A stretch of 64,000 nt of DNA from Parcubacteria bacterium C7867-008 (GTDB lineage: Bacteria; Patescibacteriota; Minisyncoccia; Phycocordibacterales; Phycocordibacteraceae): NCBI GenBank assembly GCA_001189215.1, contig LFCR01000006.1, positions 133,354 to 197,353 on the forward strand, written 5' to 3'. The stretch's first letter is position 1. Every line of letters starts with the position of its first letter. The translations under genes were made by a program, and so were the position numbers. Shown here in pieces: positions 26,387 to 34,516 of this stretch. A model generated the notes under the pieces. The model ran no database searches. It had not been told where the DNA came from and saw only the letters and a list, made by a program, of their open reading frames with translations.

Positions 26387-26869
26387 ATGCCTGACTACAA
26401 GAACAATAGCCGTTTTAAGAAACCTTTTACTAGTGGTGGTGCCGGTCGTGGACCAGCTCGTTTCAGTCGTTCTGACGCCAGCGGACCCCGTGAAATGCAC
26501 ACTGCTGAATGCAGTAAGTGTCACAAGGCCTGCCAGGTACCGTTCCGTCCTAACGGAACAAAGCCAGTATTTTGTGGAGACTGCTTCACTCGAGATGGTG
26601 ATCGTGATTCTCGTGATACCCGTGGCTCATTCCAGAAGAAGGAATACGGTGCACCCCGCACTGCACCAGCGGAAGATCGTCGTATAGATGAGCTTAAGCG
26701 CCAGCTTATACAAATGGACAGCAAGCTAGATCGTCTCGTGCAGATGATTGATGCTGCTAATCGTGTACCTGCTGCGCCAGCCCCAAAGGCTAAAGCAGCT
26801 GCAGCAGCTCTTGCTAAAGCACCCGCAAAGACAAAGAAGGCAGTGGTGAAGAAAGCTAAGAAGGCATAA
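26387..26869 (+). CDS. zinc-ribbon protein (CxxC-x3-C ... CxxC) with Lys/Ala-rich basic C-terminal tail
   Basis: The motif ECSKCHKACQVPFRPNGTKPVFCGDCF is followed by a coiled segment and a PAAPAPKAKAAAAALAKAPAKTKKAVVKKAKKA tail. A terminator lies at 26893-26922. Confidence 0.55.
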   Translation: MPDYKNNSRFKKPFTSGGAGRGPARFSRSDASGPREMHTAECSKCHKACQVPFRPNGTKPVFCGDCFTRDGDRDSRDTRGSFQKKEYGAPRTAPAEDRRIDELKRQLIQMDSKLDRLVQMIDAANRVPAAPAPKAKAAAAALAKAPAKTKKAVVKKAKKA

Positions 26870-26892
26870 TACGTTCCGCCGCTAATTAACCA

Positions 26893-26922
26893 AGCCCAGA
26901 CAAGTGTCTGGGCTTTCGGCGT
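26893..26922. terminator. bidirectional terminator AGCCCAGACA-AG-TGTCTGGGCT
   Basis: Perfect 10-bp stem. Confidence 0.55.
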
Positions 26923-27263
26923 TTAGTGGATGATGTTGGTAGCACTGGGCAGGGTAAGGGGTGTGCGGGAACTTTGAATAGTACCTGCGGAACCTGCGAT
27001 TTGTGAACCAACATAGGCTGAGATTTCTGCTGCATTCAGGAACGCAATGATAGTGTCCTGAAGCTGCGAGAATATTGTGGGAACAAGAAGTTGAAGAATA
27101 AGAATGGTAATACCGAGACCAAATGCGCGAAAGATAGGCATATGGGTGGTAGTTATTTGATAAACGTGGACTCGAAGAGCACACACGTGAGACGGTAACG
27201 GGTCTCAATCAAATCTTTTTCAAGCTTCTTCCACTCCCTATAACCTCACACTTTGTATCCAGG

Positions 27264-27806
27264 TTACACCCTCTTCTCTTTTAGAAGTTGTGCGTATTTT
27301 TCCTGAACCTTCTGTAGTTTTGGGGCAATGATCACCTGGCAATATCCCTGTGCCTTATTTTGTGCGTAGTAGTCCTTATGGTATTCCTCAGCAGGATAGA
27401 AAGTTGCTCCTTCTTCAATTGTGGTAACAATAGGGTCACCCTCTTTTGATGATTCACTGAGTTCTGTAATAAATGCTGCTACTTCTTCTTTCTGGCCAGG
27501 TGTAGTAGGGAAGACGACAGATCGATACTGAGTACCTACGTCATTACCCTGACGATTCAACTGTGTTGCGTCATGAGAACCAAAGAAGACCGTGAGGAGA
27601 TCGCGATAGCTAACCTGAGAGGGATCAAACTCAATCTTGATCACCTCTGCATGTCCGCTATCTCCACCACATACCTGCTGATAGGTTGGGTTGGTAGTTT
27701 TTCCACCCGCATACCCAGGCGCAACGTCAGTTACACCTTTAAGCATCTTAAATACTGCCTCTGTGCACCAGAAGCATCCTCCACCGAATAGTGCTGTTTC
27801 TGTCAT
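27264..27806 (-). CDS. msrA: peptide methionine sulfoxide reductase MsrA
   Basis: The GGGCFWC active-site motif lies near the N-terminus, within a full PMSR fold. The likely start is MTETALFGGGCFWC at 27806. Confidence 0.9.
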   Translation of the reverse strand: MTETALFGGGCFWCTEAVFKMLKGVTDVAPGYAGGKTTNPTYQQVCGGDSGHAEVIKIEFDPSQVSYRDLLTVFFGSHDATQLNRQGNDVGTQYRSVVFPTTPGQKEEVAAFITELSESSKEGDPIVTTIEEGATFYPAEEYHKDYYAQNKAQGYCQVIIAPKLQKVQEKYAQLLKEKRV

Positions 27807-27989
27807 ATGTATAAAGTATATCAAGTCCCGTTACTTTTGACGCAACTCCAGAATCAATTCCAAATATGTTATGAACAGGCATTTTATATAACCTGACAGT
27901 ATCCAGACATATACTCCGAGCAGGTGCACCGAACTTTGATACAACAGCACCTTGCGAATCATCGCATCATCAGTTGAATGGGGTACGTC

Positions 27990-28493
27990 ATGGGCTGGAC
28001 AGACGAACGAGTCGAACTCCTCAAGAAGCTCTGGCAAGATGGTCTCTCGGCTTCGCAGATCGCGAAGCAGTTGGGCGGAGTGACGCGCAACTCAGTCATC
28101 GGAAAGGTCCATCGACTGGGCCTGTCCGGACGCGCAACGCCCTCCAAGCCGCAACGCACGGTCTTCAAGGCTCCGCGACCGACGCGGCCCGTTACAGCAA
28201 AACCTTCGGCACCTCGTCGCATCGCTGAACCGGTCGCGGCCGCACCGGCCCGCACACCCTTGTACTGCGTGGACGAAAGCCCTGGAACGGCAACGATCAT
28301 CACGCTGGGCGCCCACATGTGCAAGTGGCCGATCGGAGATCCGTCGCTCGACAACTTCACGTTCTGCGGCCGTCGCTCAGAAGAGGGTGGGCCGTACTGC
28401 CACGAACATTCCTGCGTTGCCTATCAGCCGGCACAGGCGAAGAAGAAGTCTTCAGGTGCGGAACTGGCGCGATCGCTGCGCCGGTACATCTGA
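27990..28493 (+). CDS. gcrA: GcrA-like cell-cycle regulator family protein (high-GC islet)
   Basis: N-terminus MGWTDERVELLKKLWQDGLSASQIAKQLGGVTRNSVIGKVHRLGLSGR is near-identical in pattern to alphaproteobacterial GcrA. The C-terminal CKWPIGDP...FTFCG...GPYCHEH...AY module is also GcrA-specific. GC3-rich codons. Confidence 0.8.
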   Translation: MGWTDERVELLKKLWQDGLSASQIAKQLGGVTRNSVIGKVHRLGLSGRATPSKPQRTVFKAPRPTRPVTAKPSAPRRIAEPVAAAPARTPLYCVDESPGTATIITLGAHMCKWPIGDPSLDNFTFCGRRSEEGGPYCHEHSCVAYQPAQAKKKSSGAELARSLRRYI

Positions 28494-28520
28494 ACCCAAA
28501 TTTATCCTTCGGGATATCAA

Positions 28521-28549
28521 ACGGGCCCTTCGAGAATCGAAGGGCCCGT
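28521..28549. terminator. bidirectional GC-rich terminator (ACGGGCCCTTCG-AGAA-CGAAGGGCCCGT) shared by gcrA-like (+) and msrB (-)
   Basis: Perfect 12-bp stem. Confidence 0.6.
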
Positions 28550-28558
28550 GATGTGTTT

Positions 28559-28945
28559 CTACTCTTTCTCGAATTCGAGACAAACGGAGTTAATGCAATA
28601 CCGCTTACCACCCTTATCTTCTGGTCCGTCATCAAACACGTGACCAAGATGGCTGTTGCAATGCTTACAAAATACCTCTGTGCGATGCATGCCGTGCGCG
28701 TCATCTGAGCGTGTGCCCACATTCTCTGCCACCGCTGGATCAGTAAAGGAAGGCCAGCCACTCTTTGAATCGAACTTAGCCGTAGAAGAGAACAGGGCAT
28801 TTCCACATACCTTACAGCGATACATACCATGATCATGATTATCTACATACGCGCCTTTCCAGGGAGCTTCAGTACCGCCTTCACGGAGAACTGCGTATTC
28901 TTCAGGACTTAGCTTTGCACGGATTTCGTCTTCATTCATTTCCAT
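28559..28945 (-). CDS. msrB: peptide methionine-R-sulfoxide reductase MsrB (SelR)
   Basis: Two CxxC zinc motifs (CKVCGNAL ... CKHCNSHLGHVF) and the RYCINS catalytic Cys region. Confidence 0.9.
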   Translation of the reverse strand: MEMNEDEIRAKLSPEEYAVLREGGTEAPWKGAYVDNHDHGMYRCKVCGNALFSSTAKFDSKSGWPSFTDPAVAENVGTRSDDAHGMHRTEVFCKHCNSHLGHVFDDGPEDKGGKRYCINSVCLEFEKE

Positions 28946-29003
28946 ATAAGAGAATTATACCCCTATGACAAAGCTCTGCCGATAGGCTAGGATTAAGGAA
29001 CGT

Positions 29004-29486
29004 ATGACTCGAACGGCCCTCCTGTCCCTCCTCCTTGTTCTTACATTCCTAGGCCTCGCAGACTCCTGGTATCTTGCCCAGACTGCACTTGATGGAGACT
29101 CACTTGCTTGTAGTATTCAGGGTCTTGAAAGCCTCAATGGATGTAACCAAGTGGCACAGAGTGCCTATTCTAAAGTCTTTGGACTACCGTTAGCCCTCTA
29201 CGGTGTCTTCTTCTACGGCGTACTTTTTGTAATAGCTTCGGTGCTTTTTGCGGTATCGTGGCGCATGTTGTATCGCGCATCTATTGCTCTTGGGGTAATT
29301 GGTCTGCTCCTTTCGCTCTATTTTGTATTCCTTCAGTTTTTTGTAATTAAGGCACTTTGCGTATATTGCTTAGCTTCAATGGTTATCTCGTTCTGTATAT
29401 TCTTTGTAACGCTGCACCTGTGGAAGCGGTTTGCCTTAGTGAAGGTGTTGGATCCCTTTACGCCCGTCATCCCCTTGACCTCATAA
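29004..29486 (+). CDS. vitamin K epoxide reductase (VKOR) family membrane protein, likely DsbB-replacing partner of DsbA
   Basis: Four to five TM helices, a loop cysteine pair (LACSIQGLESLNGC) and a CxxC in the last TM (KALCVYCL). Confidence 0.65.
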   Translation: MTRTALLSLLLVLTFLGLADSWYLAQTALDGDSLACSIQGLESLNGCNQVAQSAYSKVFGLPLALYGVFFYGVLFVIASVLFAVSWRMLYRASIALGVIGLLLSLYFVFLQFFVIKALCVYCLASMVISFCIFFVTLHLWKRFALVKVLDPFTPVIPLTS

Positions 29487-29490
29487 CACT

Positions 29491-30657
29491 ATGTCTACGT
29501 CGCGCATCATTCTTCCCGTATTACTTGCACTGATGCTTCCGATCCTCTCGCACGCGGCAACGTTTGCAGAAGATAAGACCATTGTAGTTTCAGCTCCGCC
29601 ACCCGATAACACGTATCTCGCTGGCGTATCTGTGAGCGTGAGTGCACCACTTCCTGCAGACCTGGCTGCAGCAGGAGGTACGGTCACTACCTACTCACCA
29701 ATCAAGGGAGACGCACTTATCACAGGAGGCACCATTCATCTCCAAGAAGCTGTTGAGGGCGATGTACGTGCGGCAGGACTCCAAGTATTGATCGACGGTC
29801 CCGTAACAGGAGATGTTGTTGTAGGAGGTGGTACGGTCAAAGTAACTGCTCCTGCGCGTGATGTTCGTCTCTTCGGCTTACAAGTACTTGCAACGGGTGG
29901 CGCAGAAGGACCGGTAACTATTTACGGCACCGATGTAACCCTTGCGGGTGAATATGCAGGTGATGTTGAGATTATTGCGTCTGACCGCCTCATCATAGGA
30001 CCTGATACCCACATACGCGGAACCCTTAGGTACAATGCGCCGCAACAGATAGAAATACCAGCTTCATCAGTGGTGGATGGGGGAGTTACGTACACCGGCT
30101 CATACGCATACGTCCCCACGAATGCTGAAGTACAAAAGTTTGCGATTGCTGGTGCAGGTATCTTCTTCATCGTACGTGCGCTTGCGGTAATGGTTGCTGC
30201 AGGCCTTCTTGCGGGCGTCTTCCCAATCTTTAGTGCGCCTCTTGCAACGCGTGTGTTCACTCGTCGCTACGCACGGTTAAGTCTGCTAGCCCTTCTTGGC
30301 TTTGGTGTTCTCATCGCTGCTCCGGCATTGATACTTCTCCTCTCTGTTTCTTTTGTTGGTGCTGCCATTGCACTGCTTCTTGGTGCTGCATATATTTTGC
30401 TCGTATTCCTCTCCTATCTCTATGCAGGTATTCTTGCAGGTGGGGCCGTTCGCTATCTTGCCACAAAACGCTCAGCAACACTTATCTCATGGAAGGACGC
30501 AATAGTAGGAATGCTCGTATTCTTCATTGCGGGTAGTCTTCCATACGTGGGAGGTGTTATTACTCTCGTTGCACTCTGTATCACGCTTGGTGCATTGGTT
30601 TCAAATCTCTATCTGTTTGCCTTCCATCGCACCACGTCGTGGCACACTGAATTCTAA
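29491..30657 (+). CDS. membrane protein with N-terminal bactofilin-like beta-helical repeats and C-terminal multi-TM domain
   Basis: Signal or TM segment, then repeated G(D/T)V...GG.V beta-strand motifs of the polymer-forming bactofilin/DUF583 type across about 200 aa, then four hydrophobic helices. Confidence 0.5.
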   Translation: MSTSRIILPVLLALMLPILSHAATFAEDKTIVVSAPPPDNTYLAGVSVSVSAPLPADLAAAGGTVTTYSPIKGDALITGGTIHLQEAVEGDVRAAGLQVLIDGPVTGDVVVGGGTVKVTAPARDVRLFGLQVLATGGAEGPVTIYGTDVTLAGEYAGDVEIIASDRLIIGPDTHIRGTLRYNAPQQIEIPASSVVDGGVTYTGSYAYVPTNAEVQKFAIAGAGIFFIVRALAVMVAAGLLAGVFPIFSAPLATRVFTRRYARLSLLALLGFGVLIAAPALILLLSVSFVGAAIALLLGAAYILLVFLSYLYAGILAGGAVRYLATKRSATLISWKDAIVGMLVFFIAGSLPYVGGVITLVALCITLGALVSNLYLFAFHRTTSWHTEF

Positions 30658-30667
30658 GCACATCCCT

Positions 30668-31141
30668 ATGGCTATTCCTCAAACAGGTTCTATCGCACCC
30701 ACATTCACGCTCCTTGATCAGGATGGAGTTGAACACTCTCTAGCGGAAGCAAAAGGGAAATACGCTCTTGTCTACTTCTATCCCAAAGACGATACCGGTG
30801 GCTGTACTAAAGAAGCCTGTTCACTGGGAGAATATTTCCCAGACTTTTCTAAGAGTGGAGCAGTGATATACGGTATCTCTCCAGACACCGTAAAGAGCCA
30901 CAAGAAGTTTGCAGAGAAGTACTCTTTACCATTTACCCTTCTCGCTGATCCAGATCATCAGGCCATTAAAGCGTACGACGTGTGGGGACCAAAGAAGTTC
31001 ATGGGTCGAGACTATGACGGGGTATACCGTACTTCATTCCTTATTGCTCCAGATGGCACTATCGCCAAGGTGTACGAGAATGTGAAGCCAGAATCACATG
31101 CCCAGGAAGTACTAACCGACCTCAAGGAACTTGGTGCCTAG
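30668..31141 (+). CDS. bcp: peroxiredoxin Bcp (thiol peroxidase, 1-Cys/atypical 2-Cys Prx)
   Basis: YFYPKDDTGGCTKEAC peroxidatic Cys motif. The start MAIPQTGS at 30668 resolves the apparent overlap with the upstream ORF. Confidence 0.85.
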   Translation: MAIPQTGSIAPTFTLLDQDGVEHSLAEAKGKYALVYFYPKDDTGGCTKEACSLGEYFPDFSKSGAVIYGISPDTVKSHKKFAEKYSLPFTLLADPDHQAIKAYDVWGPKKFMGRDYDGVYRTSFLIAPDGTIAKVYENVKPESHAQEVLTDLKELGA

Positions 31142-31144
31142 TCC

Positions 31145-31810
31145 ATGACAAAGAAGCAAGAAGAACGAAAGCTGCGGGCAAAGAAGATACTCGCATACTT
31201 AAAGAAAGCATACCCAGAACCTAAGACCGAACTAGCATATAAAACACCCGTTCAACTTGCTGCTGCTGTGATGCTCTCTGCACAATCCACGGACAAGCGT
31301 GTGAACATTGTTACCGAAACCCTGTGGAAGAAATACAAAACTATTAATGATTTTGCTGACGCAGATCTCGCCACGTTCACTAAAGAAATCTCCAGCATTA
31401 CCTTCTACCGAAACAAAGCAAAAGCTATCATCGGTATGGCCCAGAGAGTGCGTAGTGAATACAAAGGAAAGATCCCAAAAACTGAAGCAGAACTGGTTAC
31501 GCTCCCAGGTATCGCATACAAGTCCGCACACGTCATCATAGGAGAACTCTACGGCATATACGAAGGTATCCCCACAGACACGCACGTACGTCGCTTTGCG
31601 CTTCGCTTTGATCTCACTGATAGTAAGGACCTCACAAAGATTTCCAAAGATCTAGAAGCACTCATCCCCAAAGCAGACTGGAAGTATGTAAACAATGGAC
31701 TTGTACTGTATGGACGGTATCTGTGTAAGGCGCTGCCGCACGATTGTGCCGACCATCCTTTGACCAAGATTTGGCCGCCCGCAGCTAGTCGCTGGCCTAA
31801 GAGTAAGTAA
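31145..31810 (+). CDS. nth: endonuclease III-like HhH-GPD DNA glycosylase
   Basis: HhH-GPD fold with LPGIAYKSAHVIIGE helix-hairpin-helix and a catalytic-Asp region. The C-terminal Cys cluster is only partially conserved (CKALPHDC). Confidence 0.7.
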   Translation: MTKKQEERKLRAKKILAYLKKAYPEPKTELAYKTPVQLAAAVMLSAQSTDKRVNIVTETLWKKYKTINDFADADLATFTKEISSITFYRNKAKAIIGMAQRVRSEYKGKIPKTEAELVTLPGIAYKSAHVIIGELYGIYEGIPTDTHVRRFALRFDLTDSKDLTKISKDLEALIPKADWKYVNNGLVLYGRYLCKALPHDCADHPLTKIWPPAASRWPKSK

Positions 31811-32059
31811 CTTGCGTTTTATAAGCAGGAGAGTATAGTATTTTCAGCTGGGCTCCCAAGAGTTCTTATTCTCGTGTACCTCGTCGTCACGTTGGGGCGG
31901 CATAGGGGCAGACTACAATTTACGGCCTCGAGGCCTTGAATCTTAGGTGTCGGCGGATAACCTTGTGTCCTCTGTGACTCATAACTGCCCATCCTAAGGC
32001 TCTCTTCGGGAGTCTAGCACCACACTATAGCGTCCACCTTCGGGGGGCGCTTTCTTTTT
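31811..32059 (+). ncRNA. candidate structured ncRNA or long structured 3' UTR ending in a strong terminator (family unassigned)
   Basis: A roughly 220-nt non-coding gap with no ORF of 60 aa or longer. It contains the perfect palindrome GGCCTCGAGGCC and a UUCG-type hairpin (CTCTTCGGGAG), and ends in the terminator AGCGTCC-ACCTTCGG-GGGCGCT plus TTTCTTTTTATTT at 32029-32059. Confidence 0.25.
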
Positions 32060-32101
32060 ATTTCCCCTTTCATATCCACAGGATAGACTGTTGGTATTGT
32101 T

Positions 32102-32911
32102 ATGGATTTAAGGAAGTTCAGGAAAACCATATGGGATTTTTATAAAAAAGAGGGGAGGCACAACCTGCCCTGGAGACACACCAACGACCCATACTCTATC
32201 CTTGTTTCAGAAGTAATGTTGCAACAGACGCAGGTTGAACGGGTGCGAGCATATTACACTGCGTGGCTCAAGAAATTTCCAACCGTACGTGTTCTTGCAA
32301 ATGCTCCACTCGCAGACGTCCTCAAGGCGTGGCAAGGACTTGGGTATAACCGTCGTGCCAAGATGTTGCATGACGCTGCTAAGAAAGTGGTTTCAGAATA
32401 CAAAGGGAAGATGCCAACTGATCCTGATATCCTTGTTACGCTCCCTGGTGTTGGTCCGTACACTGCACGAGCTGTTGCAGCATTCTCAACAAATACAGAT
32501 ACCGTATTCATTGAGACCAACCTGCGTACTGTAGTGATGCATCATTTCTATCCAAACACAGATAAAGTGTCTGATGCAGAGATACTAGAAGTTCTAGCCA
32601 GCGCTCTTCCAAAGGGCAGGGCAAGGGAATGGTATGCCGCCCTTATGGATTATGGTTCGTATTTAAAGAGGAATGGTGTACGTGTAAATTCTAAGAGTGC
32701 TACCTATGTAAAACAATCCATATTTAGCGGTTCTGGTCGTGAGGCACGAGGTGCCATTCTAAAAGAACTTACACAAGGCACTGCGACAAAGAAACGTCTC
32801 ACTGGTCTTCTGGGTGACGCTCGTACGGAACAAATGTCCCTACAGCTTCAAAAACTACTCACCGAAGGCATGATACAGAAATATGGAACTCAATACTCAT
32901 TACCGCGTTAA
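32102..32911 (+). CDS. HhH-GPD family DNA glycosylase (MutY/EndoIII-related, no obvious FeS cluster)
   Basis: MutY-like N-terminal block (NLPWRHTNDPYSILVSEVMLQQTQV...LGYNRRAKMLH...LPGVGPYTARAV). Confidence 0.7.
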   Translation: MDLRKFRKTIWDFYKKEGRHNLPWRHTNDPYSILVSEVMLQQTQVERVRAYYTAWLKKFPTVRVLANAPLADVLKAWQGLGYNRRAKMLHDAAKKVVSEYKGKMPTDPDILVTLPGVGPYTARAVAAFSTNTDTVFIETNLRTVVMHHFYPNTDKVSDAEILEVLASALPKGRAREWYAALMDYGSYLKRNGVRVNSKSATYVKQSIFSGSGREARGAILKELTQGTATKKRLTGLLGDARTEQMSLQLQKLLTEGMIQKYGTQYSLPR

Positions 32912-34101
32912 GCAGGATCAGCCACAGAACCAATGGCAACTTGTTTAGGGCGGAGACCTTGAATTGAATTGGCAGCAAGAACACCTCCAATCGCAATAAA
33001 GATTCCAGATACGATAAAGAATACTGTGAAGTTACTAATCATGAGAATGATGGTGCCGACAAGCGGTGCAACAAGCGCTCCAACCGGACGCGTCATACGG
33101 AAGACACTAACAGTGTTAGTGTCTTGTTCTGAGACTCTGCGGAAGAAGTGACCCTCTACCATCGCTTCAACTAATGCAGCACCAATACGCGTTAGTAGAA
33201 GAATACCGAGAATTATTAAGATAGAAGTTTCTGCGGTTATGAACCCCACAAGAGCAAATGAAATACCGGTACAAATGAATCCGACTATCAGAAGTATGCG
33301 ATCTCCAAACCTAGTATCGGCAAGTACTCCTGCTGGATATTCAATTAGTACAAATGGAATCAACATAATTGCAAAGATCCAACCAAGTTCAGACCAAGGA
33401 ATGCCTAATACTGTGTGGAGATACAGAGGAATATACAGTGGCGCTAGGTGGAAGAAGAGCTGAAGGATGCCCATGGCAATCGCTACCGCACGTAGATCCT
33501 TATCTTTCGCAATACACGCACAGGCTTCTGTAACATTGTGTATCCCAAGAATACGCTTAGAGGGTAGTTTGCGAAGGAACATTAGAAGTATTACCGGTAT
33601 GAGAGAGAACGAGGCAACGAGGAATACGCGATCGTAATGTGCATCACCATCCAGGAGTAGGCCAATGATAAGTGGTGCAATTACGAGCATTAGATTACCA
33701 GCAGTGATAAACGCTGTACGTACACGCCCCGTTTCGTCTTCGCTCTCAACGGTGGCTTCAAGAAGAATATCCAATTGATATACCAGAAGGGGAGAAACTG
33801 CACATGCTAGTGCGGCAAGCAGCACAGCGCCCACTACCGTTGGAGTAAGTGCGAGCCACAGAAGAATACACATCTCTACTAATGCAAAGAAGATCACCAA
33901 GCGCTGAGGACCATGCTGTGCCACGAGCTTTGGTATGAAGGGGAAGATTCCCAGAGTCACCAATGCACCCAAGGACACAACCAAACCGGTACTCTCCTCC
34001 GGCATGAATGTCGCCAGATAGGGAGTGAGGATGTAGATAATGAGGAAAAAATGCGCTGCAGCAAAGAAGTTGCTCAGCGATAGAATACGGCGCGCCTGCA
34101 T
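32908..34101 (-). CDS. MFS transporter
   Basis: 397 aa with about 12 predicted TM helices and an MFS-type charged loop between TM2 and TM3. Confidence 0.8.
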   Translation of the reverse strand: MQARRILSLSNFFAAAHFFLIIYILTPYLATFMPEESTGLVVSLGALVTLGIFPFIPKLVAQHGPQRLVIFFALVEMCILLWLALTPTVVGAVLLAALACAVSPLLVYQLDILLEATVESEDETGRVRTAFITAGNLMLVIAPLIIGLLLDGDAHYDRVFLVASFSLIPVILLMFLRKLPSKRILGIHNVTEACACIAKDKDLRAVAIAMGILQLFFHLAPLYIPLYLHTVLGIPWSELGWIFAIMLIPFVLIEYPAGVLADTRFGDRILLIVGFICTGISFALVGFITAETSILIILGILLLTRIGAALVEAMVEGHFFRRVSEQDTNTVSVFRMTRPVGALVAPLVGTIILMISNFTVFFIVSGIFIAIGGVLAANSIQGLRPKQVAIGSVADPA

Positions 34102-34145
34102 GATGCACGAATTGTAACATTTACCATAAACAATCTATGCTGTAT

Positions 34146-34451
34146 TTAGAACTGCAGTAACGCGTATACAGTAAAAGCGATGATGCCCACGGAGAGAATC
34201 GTTGCAGGTATCAATACTGCTAGCTTTACCGGGCTACCTTTCTTGATGAGATTAATCAGATATGCAATGATCGTTACTACTGCCAAAACGATGACCACAC
34301 AACCCACAATAAAAGTAATTACTGCTAACAAAATACCCCATAACCACTGAGCGGTATCTTGCATGAAATTTTCAAGTAGGTACCATGCGACACCAATCTC
34401 TACGACGCATACGAACATGGCTATGGATATGCTACGAAGGAAAGAGTTCAT
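34146..34451 (-). CDS. small hypothetical membrane protein (3 TM)
   Basis: The hydrophobic ORF is shortened to the Met at 34451 because the upstream part of the ORF-track call overlaps the terminator hairpin at 34469-34498. The SD is weak. Confidence 0.4.
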   Translation of the reverse strand: MNSFLRSISIAMFVCVVEIGVAWYLLENFMQDTAQWLWGILLAVITFIVGCVVIVLAVVTIIAYLINLIKKGSPVKLAVLIPATILSVGIIAFTVYALLQF

Positions 34452-34468
34452 GAAGATAAGTATACGAC

Positions 34469-34498
34469 AAAGGCCCGCATCAAATGATGCGGGCCTTT
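34469..34498. terminator. bidirectional terminator (AAAGGCCCGCATCA-AA-TGATGCGGGCCTTT), 3' of rnj
   Basis: Perfect 14-bp stem. Confidence 0.6.
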
Positions 34499-34516
34499 GC
34501 ATGTGTTAGATGAGCC

